The notes: generated by a model not told the origin, from the sequence alone. DNA of 64,000 nucleotides from Rhina ancylostomus (GCA_030265395.1 JARFYF010000051.1:13057655-13121654), one strand, 5' to 3'; shown: positions 1-13,714, counted from the stretch's first letter. Numbers and translations: made by a program.

Positions 1-494
1 GCCAGGCCAAGAGCATAGGAGGGGTTTGGACAGAGAAGGGATACTATCAGGGCAAATTTTTACTCAGTCCTGCCCTGGAGGGGGAATGGCAACTGGTATA
101 CAAGCTGAAAAGAGACAATAGGCTACCAGAGGGTACATTTCTGTCAGTCTGTAGATGGAAGCCAAATCCCCAAAGAAAGATTTTGTGTTTCATTATTTGC
201 TGTTAAGGAGGTATTTGAGGAAGCCAAGGGCTGTATTGAATGCATTGGCCAACCTTTACTGCATTCTTTGGCTTCCCTGAACTAGCCACTCCCTGGGATA
301 TAGATGGACTTGTGTAAATTGTAAATTATATTCATAATGAGAAGAATATGGTCTCTGTTATGTGAACCCTTAAAGCAGAAGTCAGGTTTTGTTTTATTTT
401 AGATGTAAACTTGACTCTTTCAATGTCTGTGTTTGATTTAATCCCTGGCACACTTATGACTGATTGGAAAATTAATTGCTGAGGTGCAATATTT

Positions 495-620
495 ACAAGA
501 ACAGGAATATGCCATTCAGCCCCTTGAACTTGTTTCCCTTTGTGACTGATTCATGCCTAATTTATAATCTTAATTCTATCTAAGAACAACCTATCTATTC
601 AAGTTTTGAAATTTTCAAAC
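495..620 (-). mobile_element. CR1-type LINE 3' tail fragment
   Basis: aagaacaggaatatgccattcagcccctt matches the antisense tails at 6271, 13720 and 16630. Confidence 0.55.
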
Positions 621-3600
621 AATTTTTATGTAATGTATCAAGCATATTTGATTCCTGAAGCTCCACCTTGCATGTCTTAATGTAATTTATTTTTGGATAA
701 ACTCTGATAAATGTTAATTTCATCTCGTGCACAACAATTGAAGAAAACATATTTACAACATTAATAATTGGAACCTGACCAATAGACTAACCTTTTAAAA
801 AGGAGCATGCAGTCCAAGGATGTTATTGATTGTATTTTTTAAACTTTTTCTCATTTAAATGTAACTACTAGATGAACACAATGATTTAAAGCAGGTAAGA
901 TTTATATCATTATTAAAGTATTATACTTTTTTACATTTTGACATGATCGCATAAAACTTTTACTGTCATTATTTGTTTGCCTCCACAGCCTTAATTTTGT
1001 GCAAAGAAATATAATTAATGATTCTCTTTTAGATATTTATCTGTTCCAGCTACAAAATTATTGACCTAACTAGACCTAACTATCCAATGCTCTGGTAGAA
1101 GTAAAAGTACTGATTTTTTTTCTTATTAATAGATCATTTACCTTTATTATGTTTGCAATTAGCCAATTGCTGCTTTCATGACCAGGTTCCTTCAGCCAAG
1201 GACTTCCTTGATTCAAAACAATCTTCCAGCTAGAGTATCCATGACTTCCTCCATGGAAGTTTACTTATCCTGCATGACTTTTGGCCCATAACAGAACCCA
1301 TCCTAATTAATCTCTGTAACTATGGTAAGAAAACAGCAAATTTCTTCTTGCTACTTTCATTGATCCCTCTCCTCCAAATTTTATTTGGAGGATCCTGTCA
1401 GGCAAGAGCAAATCTACTCTTATTTGCGAAATTGCTGTTTCTTTCAGCTGGACAGAATTCCCAGCCCTTCAATTTCACAGTAAAATTCTGTTTCTAACCT
1501 CCACTAACCTGTTAACTGCTAAATATGGCTCAAGTCTTTCATAGCTACTAACTATAGATTTATATTTCAACTTGATCTTCTGTGATTTCTTAGGTGATGG
1601 TATTTTGTTCTCAGTTTGCATAATTCCATAGTTTGAGGTTTAATTACAGCCTGTGACTTTGTTGTAATCTCAATTTGCTTCATTTCTTGCATTATTTGCA
1701 AACTGGTGGAAAATCTAGAATAATTTTAACTGAAATTTTGATTAATATGATGTTGGTGGCAAGTCATCAAAGTATCGGTGTTTCTAGCCAAGCTGCTCTT
1801 CAGATTATTCCAAAACCTTTGTGAATATGGGCTCTGCTTTTCACCTCCTTTCCTGTGGAAAGTTAAATAGAATGATTGACAGTTCCTTGTTCATTACATG
1901 CAATGCTGTTGTAACAGTCTGACTCTTAATATCTCATCGCTACAGTTGAAATGTTGAGACTTCTATTAGCAGAATACTGTATTGATTATGATTGCTCCAA
2001 CTGTGAGTTGGTACTTTTGATAACTTGCTATATTTCTTGACAGATTCTGGTAAGCAGGAACCACCTAATTGGGTGGCTCGTGGTCCTGCTCACCGAGACT
2101 GGCTGCAAATGCTATGAAGCCAACAATCATCTTAGACCTTAGCAAATATCATGGAGAACTGACTGAATAGCATTAAAGTCAGCATAGAGGGCCTTTATTG
2201 TGCTGTATTGTTCTATGATTCTATGGCTGAGCTGTTGCCAACTGCTCCAAGAAACCTGCAGCTGAACTGCATCACAGGATTGCCGTTGCTAGTGATAAAT
2301 TGAGCCAGACAGTTCTTCCACTTTTATATCCTCTATCAATGTGCTGTTCATAGAAATATGAAACAATTGACTAATGCATTGCTCATTATTAGTAGTGTCT
2401 TTGACTTTCACTTCACTACTTGTTTGGTTGCCTTTACCTCAGGTATATGGCACAGTTGCCTAATTTCAGCTAAATACCCCATGTATTGGAGGCCCTTGAA
2501 GGCAGCCAGAAGGTTCCTGCTCCTCCTTGCTATACTCTGTGACTCACCTACTGCTTAGCGTAGGTGGGGGACCTGCAGGGTGTGGCATTCCCCATCCCTT
2601 CCTGCCCTTGTCTTTCTATGTCTGGGTCAACAGTTTTATTTCAGAAAGGGCCATATTGGCCATCCATTTCACCCCCGAGGGCCTTTCACGTGAAATACAC
2701 CATACATAACCATATACTGAAACCAAAGCTATAATTTATTGCTATTTCCATTTAGATTGCTACCAATCAACAACAAGCCAGTAATTTTTTTTTATTTTAA
2801 AATGCAGTAATTTTGACTGGTATTTTTATGGATTTCTTCAAATTATTCTTAAAACTTTTGCTGTCTTGGGATATGTGTAAATGTATGTACTGTAGTATGA
2901 GAGACCAGGATGTTGGCCCATTGCTATTGCTTCAATTTACAATTTCAGAAAAGTAGCCAATATTAACAATGCTGTTTTCAGAGCTCACAGTGTAAAATTC
3001 AAATCTTTTAAATGGCTGCATCTCTTTAGTTTTTCAAGCAGACTGTAAAATGCATAATTTTGATAAATTGGTACTGAAATTGGGGAAACTGGCCTCATTC
3101 AAACCTAGTCATCATGGTAGTTCTAACGGATTTTTGACATGTTTCTTTGGTTTCAGAGACTATATAATTTACAGATATTCAAGGTAGTAACCCTCTACTG
3201 GGCAATAAAAAGGCCTAGAAGTTCTAGTGCACCCAGATGGGTGAGCTAGATGGACATTGCGGAAGGCCAACAACAAGCTTTTTGGCCATGAGCTGCCCAC
3301 CCCAAGATTCAAGGAACAGATGATGCTCACTTTTGCATTTGAAAATGTGGTGCCAAGGAGTAGGGCCCAAGGCTTGGAGTCTGGAGGACTGGCTGAGAGC
3401 TGAGTTGCGAAGGAGTGGAAAAAATGGTTTGAAACACTCTCTTGATTTCAGAAGAGGGTAAAAATTATGAGGTTGGTTCAGGTGGAGGTAAAGAGAGAAC
3501 TGGAGAAGGGATCACAACCAGTGCTATGTTTGGGTGGGAGTTGTGGAGGATGGGTTGGGACAGTGTTGTGGGCAGATGGGGGTGGATAGGGGAGAGTGAT

Positions 3601-4724
3601 GATGGAAATGTGAGTAAGGCCAGTTCGTGATGCAGAATGATGAATTGGACTGAGGATTGAAAGTTTATCAATTAAGCATGTGGGGTTGTCTTGTAGGTTG
3701 TGCGCTCCAATGAGGAATCAGGAGGATGAGAAGGGCCACAGGGTTGGTACAGTGGGAGGTTTGGGAGGATGATGGGATTGAGGTCTGGTCTTTGCAGGGT
3801 TTCAAGGGGCGTAGTGGATAAAATATAAGTTAATGAACAGGGATCCCAATCCAGCATTATGTTGGGAATACTTAATTGTCCTGGAAGTAATCAACAATGT
3901 TAATTCTGGGGAAATTTCCCTAGCAATGGCCCAAACAGAGAACCCTGTGCCTCTGATGCAGAAATTACATCAGGCAGGGAAGGATGACTTTCACCAGGAA
4001 GTGCTTACTTGAATTAATGGAATGACACAATATCATTTCAGGAAATGAAATAACTTTCAATTATTATGCTGAATAATTTGAATTCCCTGGTCATTATATG
4101 TCCCCACTGTGAGTTCCAGATTGTGGTTGAAGAATTTGTGAATTTAAAGCTTGCTCATATTAAGTTTTATTTCAAAGTGTCATCATGGTTGGCCTCCAGA
4201 ATTTGCCCTATACATTTCCCAGGATAAGGGTGATATTGAACACTAGTTTTGGATCCTAGCACTCACTTGCCTTGTGCATATTGGAAGTTGAGCTGAGATT
4301 GCCAGAGTTTACTACATGTTTCACAATCTTCACCATGTGCCAGAAAGGGAAGTATTATCCCTAGCTCTAGGTTCACTTAATCATTCAGTGTCTAATGAAA
4401 ATATTTCTTTATGATTTTGGAACAGTCTGATTAAAATTAGGCTGTTTAATGCACATAGAAGCCAAAATTCAGAGTGCATTCAGGGTAAAAAAAAGGATTA
4501 AAGTGACAGTTACTTAAGTGATATCAGAACTAAAGGTCAAGAAGGCAGCAATAAAGCAACACAAATTAATGCATGTTAATGCAAAGAAAGTTTACTGATA
4601 CCTGACATGTACCTTCTCTTTTTCTAACTTGTTTTCCTGTCCATGCTCCAGAAAAGATCTTGCCTGGAAAAAGCATGACTGAAACTAGTTCCTTTACAAA
4701 CCACATTAAAGCTGCTCCATAAAG

Positions 4725-5030
4725 ATAGAACTTATTAATTTAGCACATTTTGGGGCCTTAATATATCCAAAAGCACCTCCAAACTAGTTAAGTGTTTTTA
4801 AAAAGCAGTGTTGGAACCATTGCATCTAATTCACTCATCACGAAATGATAATCTATTTTTATCATGTTGTTTAGGGGATGAATTTTGGCCTGGACAGTAG
4901 CTTACTTTTCCTTGAAACAGTGTCATGGGATCTTTTCTCTTCATCTCAAAGAATAGACATGGTTTACGTTTAATTTCTTGTCGCAAAAACATGATGTACA
5001 GTGAAACATTCCTAAGTATCTGGATCTCTT
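4725..5030 (-). mobile_element. Decayed Deu-domain SINE (SacSINE1/AmnSINE-like)
   Basis: gtgtcatgggatctttt..tcatctcaaag..gtttaat matches the antisense Deu core and the copy at 6130-6625. Confidence 0.6.
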
Positions 5031-5138
5031 GCCCTCCTGTGTTGCTTTTTTGAAAAGTATACATCCTGATGTTCTTTCATTGTTTCCAGGTTTAGGACAT
5101 TAACCTTTTAAGAACCTCTTTCTCATTTTCCTCCACAG

Positions 5139-5258
5139 CACTTTGCCTAACTTTGATATTCCATACCCAATGTTGGTTCTGGTGGGGGCCCAGGCCTCTG
5201 GAAAACGAGAACTTTGTCACATGCTATGTCAAGAATTCAGTGAGTATTTTGGATATTG
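5139..5258 (+). CDS. LRGUK: LRGUK internal exon, start of guanylate kinase-like domain with P-loop: (S)TLPNFDIPYPMLVLVGAQASGKRELCHMLCQEFSEYFGY
   Basis: Polypyrimidine tract + CAG acceptor ending 5138; donor TG/gtaagt; 120 bp, phase 2 to 2, open frame. Resembles mammalian LRGUK STLPSLDAPYPMLILAGPEACGKREL as recalled. Confidence 0.95.
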
Positions 5259-6129
5259 GTAAGTACAAACAAATGGTGTGTGTTTTCAGAATCAGTAATT
5301 TATTAAATTTCTTTGAAAAATGTAAAAGGAATCTATGGGATGCACAACTTTCCATTTCAGTGAGTATTTTATATTGATTCAAGCAAAGTCTGTTCCTGGA
5401 GAATAGAAGGTGAAAGACTTCAAAAGCTTTTAAACAAAAAAGGAAGTGATACTCTGAAGTGGGGTTGTTCAGGCTTGTTCTCTTCTCCCTTCAGTTTTGT
5501 TAATTTTCAATCTCTTCACAAGAAGCGATTCCTGATTGTATGATTCCAAAGTAGGCAAATGATGTGTTCCTTCTAGACTGCTGCTATGTTCCTGTTCCCA
5601 ATCAGGTCCTTCCTTAAATAAGTCCAGAATGAACTTGGCAAAAATTCAATCACATTGTGCATACTTGTGCCCTCAGATTGAATTGTGGCATAAAATTGAT
5701 TGCCAAATATTGTTGTTAGTACCTTCTAACATGCACCAAAAAACACAATGAATTTTCAATTGTGAGGTTCCAAGTGCACTGAGGCTATTGCAATGTTAAT
5801 TGTTGTACAATTAATGCCACTTCTGCCTGTTCAGTCCTCATACTTCCAGTACAGCAAAAGCATGGGTTACACACAGTAGATCCAAGCAGCCTGGCTTGTA
5901 CAACACTTAAAGGGATACACCATTACTTTAACTGTTGTTGACAGTCCATTAGACCATTGATGCATATCAGTTGGCTGCATTGATGGAACAGATTTTTGTT
6001 AATTATTGAGGTAATTTTTCAGTCTTTGGCATCCTATCTGCCAAATGGTTCTTAAAGTCATCTTTGGAGAAGCAGGGAGCTTATTTACTGTGTTTCTTCC
6101 AAACTTCCCTTCCATACCTCCTTGCATTT

Positions 6130-6625
6130 AAGTCACACCTTTCATTTTTATAGGATAACTCAAAATACTTGATTGTTAATTAAGTTCTTTGGGATTATAA
6201 TCAGTTTTGTAATGTGGGGCAGCACAGCAGCTGCTGTGAAAGAGCATTAAAATAAATAAACTGGATAACTTAAGAACATATGAAAGAGCTGCAGGAGTAG
6301 GCCATCTGGTTGCTTGTGCCTGCTCTGCCATTCGATAAGATCATTTCTGCTCTTTTGCCTCCTTGATCATTTTTGACCATGGCACTAGGAGAATCCTCCC
6401 ACTCCATTTTGCAATAAGACTGTGGGATCTTTTATGTTTATCTCAGGGAGCATCTGAGGCCTTGGTTTAACACCCTGTCCAAAATATATCACCTCTGACA
6501 GTTCAACAGTCCCTCATTATTTTACTGAAGTATCAGGCTAGATTACGTGCCCGTGTCTCTGGATTTAGGCTTGAGACTTTAACCCTTATCTTTAGATATA
6601 AATACACTATCATTGAGCCATGACT
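6130..6625 (-). mobile_element. Deu-domain SINE interrupted by a short CR1 tail (~6271-6365)
   Basis: tgggatcttttatg..gccttggtttaac..acctctgacagt..ggctagattacgtgc..cattgagcca reads as antisense Deu core plus tRNA-like head. Confidence 0.75.
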
Positions 6626-7619
6626 CGTACCCTAGTCTCTTGTCAATCTCACCCATCATGCCTAATAAACTATTCCAGTTCTTGGTCACCTTCTCTTAAA
6701 ATAATTCTTACTGCTGTTTATCCTTGATTTGCTCTTCACAGCCATGAATCTAAATCATCTTCTCTTTCCCAGGACCAACGTGTTGTTTTGGTTTTGTGTT
6801 TTGTCTCTCCAAGTACGTTAAAAGCATTTGCAAGGTCTCTTCTGAATTGTCCCATTTTGGACATACAAATCATAGTTTATCAGTATACCTCACAGCCTAA
6901 ATAGATCAAATTCTAATGTAACTCAATACTTGAATAGGATTAGCCTCATTATTGTCTTTCATAACATCACTTAAACTGTATGCAGTTCAGCTTACTACAG
7001 CTGCAGCCTTTCTAGAGCACCATCTAGCATTAACATTGCCAGTGTGAACATGAACTCCACTGATTTGGCTTTCAAAGAGTAGATATGGAAGGGACTTTAA
7101 TTGATGTAAGCATCGGCAACCACAGAAACAGAAAATATTAGAAAGCTAAAGGGATGTCTATAAAATAATTCAGTTATCATAATAATCATTATAAGATCAT
7201 GAATCAGAAGCAAACAGGAAAAAACTTAATTGGTGAGTAGAATATTTTTTTATTTTAAAAAGTCATTAGTAATTTGGCAGTTATGTATATAAAAGTTCAC
7301 ATGAAACAGTGTTGCAATAATGATGCAGTTTTTATAGCACTTGTAATAAGGTAAGGTAACCGTAATTTTTGGTAAATTATGATTCATTCTCATAATGTAA
7401 TTAATATCATTGCACTTTATTTGTTAATTAAAATAAACAAGAGTAGGTTTAGAATCAATACTTTTGATTTCTTTGTTTCCTACTGAATAATGGAATTGAT
7501 CTCAGAAAGAGAAATAACTTACATTTATCATATTCTCTGAACAGCTAATGCTGATTTTCACGTGCTAATTTCTTGTTGATTTGGGTAGAGGAATAAGTGT
7601 TTATGGTGTAGAAGAGAAG

Positions 7620-7760
7620 CTTGATAAACACATGAGGGAGAAAGGCATGGAAGATACTGCTGTTTGGATGAGATAATGTAGGCTGGTTTATGTGGAGCAT
7701 AAACACTAGCATGGACCAAAAGTTTGCTTTTGTACTGTATATTCTGCGTAATCTATTAGA
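7620..7760 (+). mobile_element. CR1 3' end fragment
   Basis: gtggagcataaacactagcatggacc..ctgta tail; similar copy at 11335-11470. Confidence 0.55.
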
Positions 7761-7919
7761 AATACAGTGTAAAATGTGCATGGAGTAATAGCTAAATTGG
7801 TCATCTCATTAGCATCCACTTTGTTAGAAATTATGACGTCTTAATCAATAATGATAGGTAAGAACGCTAGTGTCATTTATTACATCAATATCATTTCAGT
7901 CAGGCTTTATATAATGCAG

Positions 7920-8052
7920 GATCCTGATGCATTATTTGGACCCGAAACATCAATGATGCCTTTCCCCCCACAGATGCTGCTCAACCCGCTGAGTTCTTCC
8001 AGTAGATCGTTTGTTGTTCCAGATTCCAGCATCTGCAGTGTCTTGTGTCTCT
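7920..8052 (+). mobile_element. Penelope-type terminal repeat (pLTR) fragment with hammerhead-like core
   Basis: CTGATGCA..GACCC-GAAAC-ATC followed by cacagatgctgctcaacccgctgagttc..agattccagcatctgcagt, shared with the termini of the GIY-YIG element near 60-61.7 kb. Confidence 0.75.
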
Positions 8053-8859
8053 AGGCTATATATGAAGTACAGTGTTTTTAATGAAGTGACTTTCACCTCC
8101 TTCTTTAAAAAAAAATGAATGATGATTAAAGTTAACAGTGATGAAGAACTAAATAGCCAAATAATCTGCTACATTTCACAGTCATTGTGTATTTTGTTGC
8201 ACCTTATTAAACTTGTTAAACATGCCAGATGAAAGTGCTGCTAGGGTAAAAATATCAGCTTGCTAGCATTGACTATGTTCCAAAAATGAATTGAAATATC
8301 AGCCGTGCTTTCCCTCATACCACTTTCCCTTGAGATAGGCTAGAAAGCAAGACTCAGCAATGGATCCCCAATCTTTCAATCACTGAATGCCTGCCACACA
8401 AGGAGAAGAAAAATTAAGAAGTAATTTACAAAAAATACTAATCATTTTACTACTAATAGTTAGGAAACATGCCAGTCTTGCCTGGTCTGGCTGTATGTCC
8501 GGTCTCACACTAATGTGGTTCACTCTTAAGTCCCCTCAAAACTGGCTTAACGAGCCACCCCATTATGTCGAATTTCAGGGGAACTGATTATTGTTCGATA
8601 CAACAGATGAACTTGGGTATCTTGCAAAGGAAAAGGAGTCTTCTGTAAGAAGAGAATAGAAACCTTGCCATGCTATATTGTTGGCAATTCAGATGTCAAA
8701 GAGAGAAATCTTAAGTATTCTTTAAACTATTTACCATAAAGCAGGTCATACAGCTGCTGACATATTTGTTCTGGAACCAGAAAGATGAAACTGAGATGTT
8801 CTAAAAACAAGAAAGTAAAGCAAAATATATTTTTAAAATACCTTTAGCTTCTTACTCAA

Positions 8860-9140
8860 CTCATCCTGAAAGACCTTTTCTTGGCATACAGAGCAAAGAC
8901 CTGAGGAAAGTCAGGTCCAGGAAATCGTATAGATAATCGAAAATCAGAGAGTGAACCTGTCTTGCACCATAGATTGTGATGATGAACAGATGGTTGTGCA
9001 AGAACAATAAGTTGATGCATAACATATTTTGTCTGGTTGAAATGAAATATAGAGCCAACAGAAAATGAAAGCTCTGAAATTAATTAAGTGGTCAGCAGGG
9101 TGCAGTGGTTTGAATGATATACCAGATGACAAGGGAATTT
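8860..9140 (-). mobile_element. Very decayed L2-like RT remnant
   Basis: Minus-strand ..LYISF (cf. YADDTQLYISF) followed by an IFD..F segment; weak. Confidence 0.3.
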
Positions 9141-9569
9141 TTTTTCTTTTATTTTGCAGTTCATTTCCTATCAGTACTAACTTTTAATGATGTACCTTGT
9201 GACAGTTTTTATTGGATTAAATCCCAGTTTCTGGTTCATTGAGTATCTATAATTAATTCTTTTGTTTGTAACCTGCATTAATTATTATTTGATATCACTT
9301 GAAAGATGTTTCACTGAGCTTTTTGCCTTTGTCTAGCCAAAACAATAGATGACTTCCTAGTTCTCTGCCAAGGCTGGCCTGGGTTACATGAGAGCAGAAG
9401 ACATCCAAGATGGCTTGGTGCTTCCTGTAAAGGAAATAATCAGAAGCAGAGTCCAAAGCTCTCAGATTCTCTATTTCACTATTTGTTGACAGTTTCAGAG
9501 CATCATTACCACTTGTCTGCTATAGTGAAATAGTCTAACAAGGGCATTAAGTTAATCCAGAGTATTCTT

Positions 9570-9856
9570 AAACAGAAACAAAATTGCTGGAAATACTCAA
9601 CAGGTCAGGCTGTATCTATGGAAAGGAAAACAGAGTTGACATTCCATCCTGGTATTTCCCTTTCCACCAATGCTGCCTTGACCTGCATTTTCTGATATTT
9701 CAGATTTCCTGATTATTCTGCTGTCCTGAACTCAGCAATTCTGTCAGCATCTGTGGAGAAAAGCAGATGGTCAACGCTTCAGGTCAGGACCCTTCCTCCA
9801 GGAGCTTGTTCTTTTTTCATCTAGATTCCAGCGTCTGCAGTCCTTTGTTTTTCTAA
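9570..9856. mobile_element. Two adjacent inverted (antisense + sense) Penelope pLTR fragments
   Basis: tgctggaaatactcaacaggtcagg (antisense) then tgctgccttgacctg (sense); cagcatctgtggagaaaag..aggtcaggaccctt (antisense) then agattccagcgtctgcagt (sense). Confidence 0.7.
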
Positions 9857-9949
9857 TCTGCTGTCCCTCTACTGTAGTCTCAAGAGATTTGGGCCTTACA
9901 TTGAGGATAATAACCAAGCTGCAGCTCTTGTCGCCACCTGGATGTTTTC

Positions 9950-10160
9950 CTGCATGTTACACAATATCCTGACTTAGAAATACATTGCCAATCCTTCATT
10001 GTTACTGGCTCTCAATCCTGGCACTCCTTTCCCAACATCACTGTGGGGAGGATCTGCAGGAGTTCAAGGTGGTATCTGTCCCACCTTCTCAGGAGCAATT
10101 AGTGGTGGGTAGTAAACACTGGCCATGCCAGTGATGTCCATATTCCAAAAAACAATAAAC
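9950..10160 (+). mobile_element. 3' end of second CR1/L2-group LINE family ('family B')
   Basis: atcctgacttagaaatacattgcc..ctggccatgccagtgatgtccatattcc..aataaa; same tail at 56840-57062. Confidence 0.7.
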
Positions 10161-11334
10161 AGATAAAAGATTTTTGAAGCACATCTGGTCTATTAATTTC
10201 TCTGTCAGATTGTCCAGACACGAGTTCTGGTATCAATCACACATTAGTCTGGACCAGTGTTTCCTTTGACTTTTTTTTCTCTAATGGACTAGGTGGCTCA
10301 GACTTCCATTATTATTCTTTCTACTTTTCCTGGCTTTCGGAAGAGTGGTTTAGGGAGCCACTTTCTTATGGATTTACTGTTCAGCAATGTATCCAAATGT
10401 AGTATTACAATTTACTGGAAGTAGAACATGTGACCGGATACTAAACAAAATACTTGATGATCGACCAGCAACTGATGGTTGCATATCCTGAATTTAAAAG
10501 TTAGGGCTTAAGAATTTCCTTGGATCAATATTTCTGTTGAAAAGTTTTTTAATGCACATAATTAAGGTCGAAGAATGGCATCATGAATGTATTTGCATTT
10601 TTTATTTATTAGCAAATCTTCCCAGGGAAATTTATTGGCTCTTGGCAAGTTTTCCCTTTATTTCTCTTCAGAATAGGAATACTTCAATCAAAATGTAAAA
10701 TATTCTTGCAGCTTATTATGGTATTCAGCCAACATTGTCTTAGGAAAAATCTGCAATCAATTTCACCTGGATTAAAGATGAAATATTCTTTTCTGCTACA
10801 CTTTCATTCATGTTGTTCAACATGCAGTACATCTATTACATTATATTATCCTAGTAATAACCTTAAAAGATAAATAAGCTGGCAGCAATTTCATTAAGTA
10901 GGTCTGTGTAACTCTAATGTCTCCATTCAGAAAAGAGGCTTGATTTGTATTATCATGTTAATAGTGGAAATGAACTCCAGTGTCATTTCCAATGAGGAAA
11001 ATCTACTGTATTTGCTGGAATAGTCTTTGAAATCTAACCTGCCCTCCTTTCAATAATCTCACTTTTACTCAAAAAGAATAATTTTCTAACTATTAAGAGC
11101 CAACAGGGTGCCTTCCAAACTGAGAGTAGAAATCTAAAACTCCTGTTTACTTCAAGTAACCTTCCAATCAGTATTAAATAGTTGTAAAGTTATTGGTATG
11201 CACTCCTGAATTTCTAATGCATGATTCACTACCTTAAGCACAAACTCAGAATATGTCCCCTTTTGTTTTCGGAGCTTCTGTAAAATCTAACTTATCTGCT
11301 TTTGGTCTGTATTATATAGCATTTAGATATAACA

Positions 11335-11472
11335 AGGATATGTATAAAGGAGAAAAATAGATTAGGATAGGTGGCTTAGATACTGAGGAGTGAAAGGAGC
11401 CTTATGTGGACAATAAGTACCAGCACTGATTAGTTGGACCGAATGGGCTGATTCTATGTGGTGCAATTCTAT
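11335..11472 (+). mobile_element. CR1 3' end fragment
   Basis: agttggaccgaatgggctgattctatgtg tail. Confidence 0.55.
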
Positions 11473-13714
11473 TGTCCATTTAAACAAACAATTAACCTTG
11501 AACTTGCACTGTATAATTAAGATAGAGTATAGTTCATTCTTGCAATAAAACTGTCACAAGCAAAGAGAAGTAGGAACTACTAACAGTTCCAAAGTAATTC
11601 CTCAAGATAATTAATAATGATACATTTTAATCAGTAAAAGCAAAAGAAAATCATCTGCAATTGAAGGTATTTACTGATTGCTAAGTGATGTATTTAGTGC
11701 AGCTTAGTGGCCCATTGAGAATGCCTTGATTTTGGGAAATTGATCTTTCTCTTGTTTCAGATGGAACAAAAAATGTTCTGGAAATGACAATGCACGATAT
11801 TCTCTGTCCACTATTTTAAACAAAGTATTGCCACTCTCTAATTTTAACGGAAATGGTAAATACAGTATTCGTTTAAATGGACTGTAGTCAATATCGTTGC
11901 TTATGGTCTATATTGGGCTGCTCCTCCTTTGATTTTTCTTCACCCTTTGAAAAACAGTGGCTCCCTTAGCATGCAGAAATCACAATATTTTGAGGAGAAA
12001 ATGAATACCCGCTTATAAACATTTGATATTGGACTTTGACATGAAGTGGGGTGTCTTCATCAAGTCCAAGTAGTTTTGGATTGTGCTGAGTCCAGATGGT
12101 GGTTGAATTTTATACAGTTGAAGTGAATATGGAGTCACCAAATTACAAGAGAAAAAAACTTATTTAAAAATCAAAACAGTAATCTAAACATCAAAGTAGC
12201 AATGATTACATTTGTGCTTTGGGGAAAACGACCTGTGACTTGGAGCTCAAAGGTTGATTAAAACACTGTGTCATAATCTGTGGTTCCCAAATGCCATAGT
12301 TACTCTGCCTGTCTGGCATACGAACACAAAATGATGAATGTTGTTAAATTTAGACAAAATATTTATTTCATTTAGTTAACTCAAAGCATATGTAGTGACC
12401 TAGTCTGGTGCACATTGCTGGAATATGAATGTTCATGATGTGATTCATTTATCTTTGATATGAATGCCAGGTGCATCTTTAAAGTAAATCAGTTTGTTCT
12501 TGCATCACAGGGTTCGAAATGAGTACTGCAACATTAGCAGCATAATGTGTTTCTTTTTCAAAAAACAACTCACTTTATTTTCTTCCAATTCCCCTCTCTT
12601 GAAGTCTTCATCTAGTACAGGACTCCATTCCGCTTTATACAGTGGATGAGGAACTTACTTTATAGGAGAGCAAGTTTGCATTTTCCTCTGTGATTCCCAA
12701 GCAATTTCCTTTTAGCCAAAAAATTATGGATCTATGGATCATAAAGGCAAATGTTTTGTGATCATTCAGATTGAGATGTCTCCACTGTGTTTGGGACTTA
12801 TTTTGCACATTTCCAAAGCAGAAGCAGAAATATACTAAGTTGGTCCCCCCCACCCCCCAAGCCCGGTTACTAATCACTTAGTCTAACACATTATTTGGTA
12901 TCAGAGCTCCAATGAAAAAAAACTCCATTTAAGAAATCCTAAGGGAACTGTAATTTGATGAGTCCATACTATTCCGGATAGACACTGAGGGAATCTCATT
13001 GTATGTCCCTAACCCAATAATAATTGCAAGGTACCCCATGTCTTCACGATCTGAAAATTCTGCTGCCTTGATCAGAGTACATGACAAATAAACCACACCA
13101 GCCAGATGCCATTACATCCATCTTAAAGGATAGAACTACATTCAATATCCCACTAAATATAATCACTGAATATCTGCAGCATTGAAGATCTGATACAAAG
13201 TAATCATGGGCATTAGGTAAATTTAGGAGTCTTGATGAGCAATAATTCTATGGATCTGATAAGCAAGGATTTCTCCTCCCTTACCACTTGTTAAAATGGC
13301 TTGACTATGGATAGAACCACAAGGATGAAATTCAATATTGTTTCCTTCACTTCCAAATTAATCAAGTTGCAACAGAGTCTTCTATATCATTGCACTTGAG
13401 TCAAATTAGCCCCATGCAAGAAGTTTGACTTGTTTTCCCTTTTTTATTTGCAGTACACTCCAGATTAAGTCAGGTAACATTAAAGTTCCGTCCTGGAGTT
13501 TGCTGATGTGTATTAATGTCATTTAGCCCCTCAAGAAAAATTCTTTGCCACAAGTGTCAGTTAAGAACCAAGCCTTTCAACTCTGCTTCCTTAAAGAATT
13601 TCAAAATGTTACCGAAGAATGAACACCTACCTGATAATTCAACCTCTGTCAAAATCTCATAACTTGTGTCTTGACTTCCCAACTACCCATAGAAATTACT
13701 GTTGGTGACAAACA

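Noticed and set aside
872-3183. Possible upstream LRGUK micro-exons (872-894, 3157-3183)
   Set aside because: Plausible AG/GT pairs, but the translations do not resemble the expected preceding LRR/LRRCT exon; that exon is probably outside the window.
5180-5200. Apparent frameshift in the LRGUK P-loop suggested by track ORF 5153-5377
   Set aside because: The track ORF is another frame. Recounting gives GTG GGG GCC CAG GCC TCT GGA AAA in frame, so the exon is intact.
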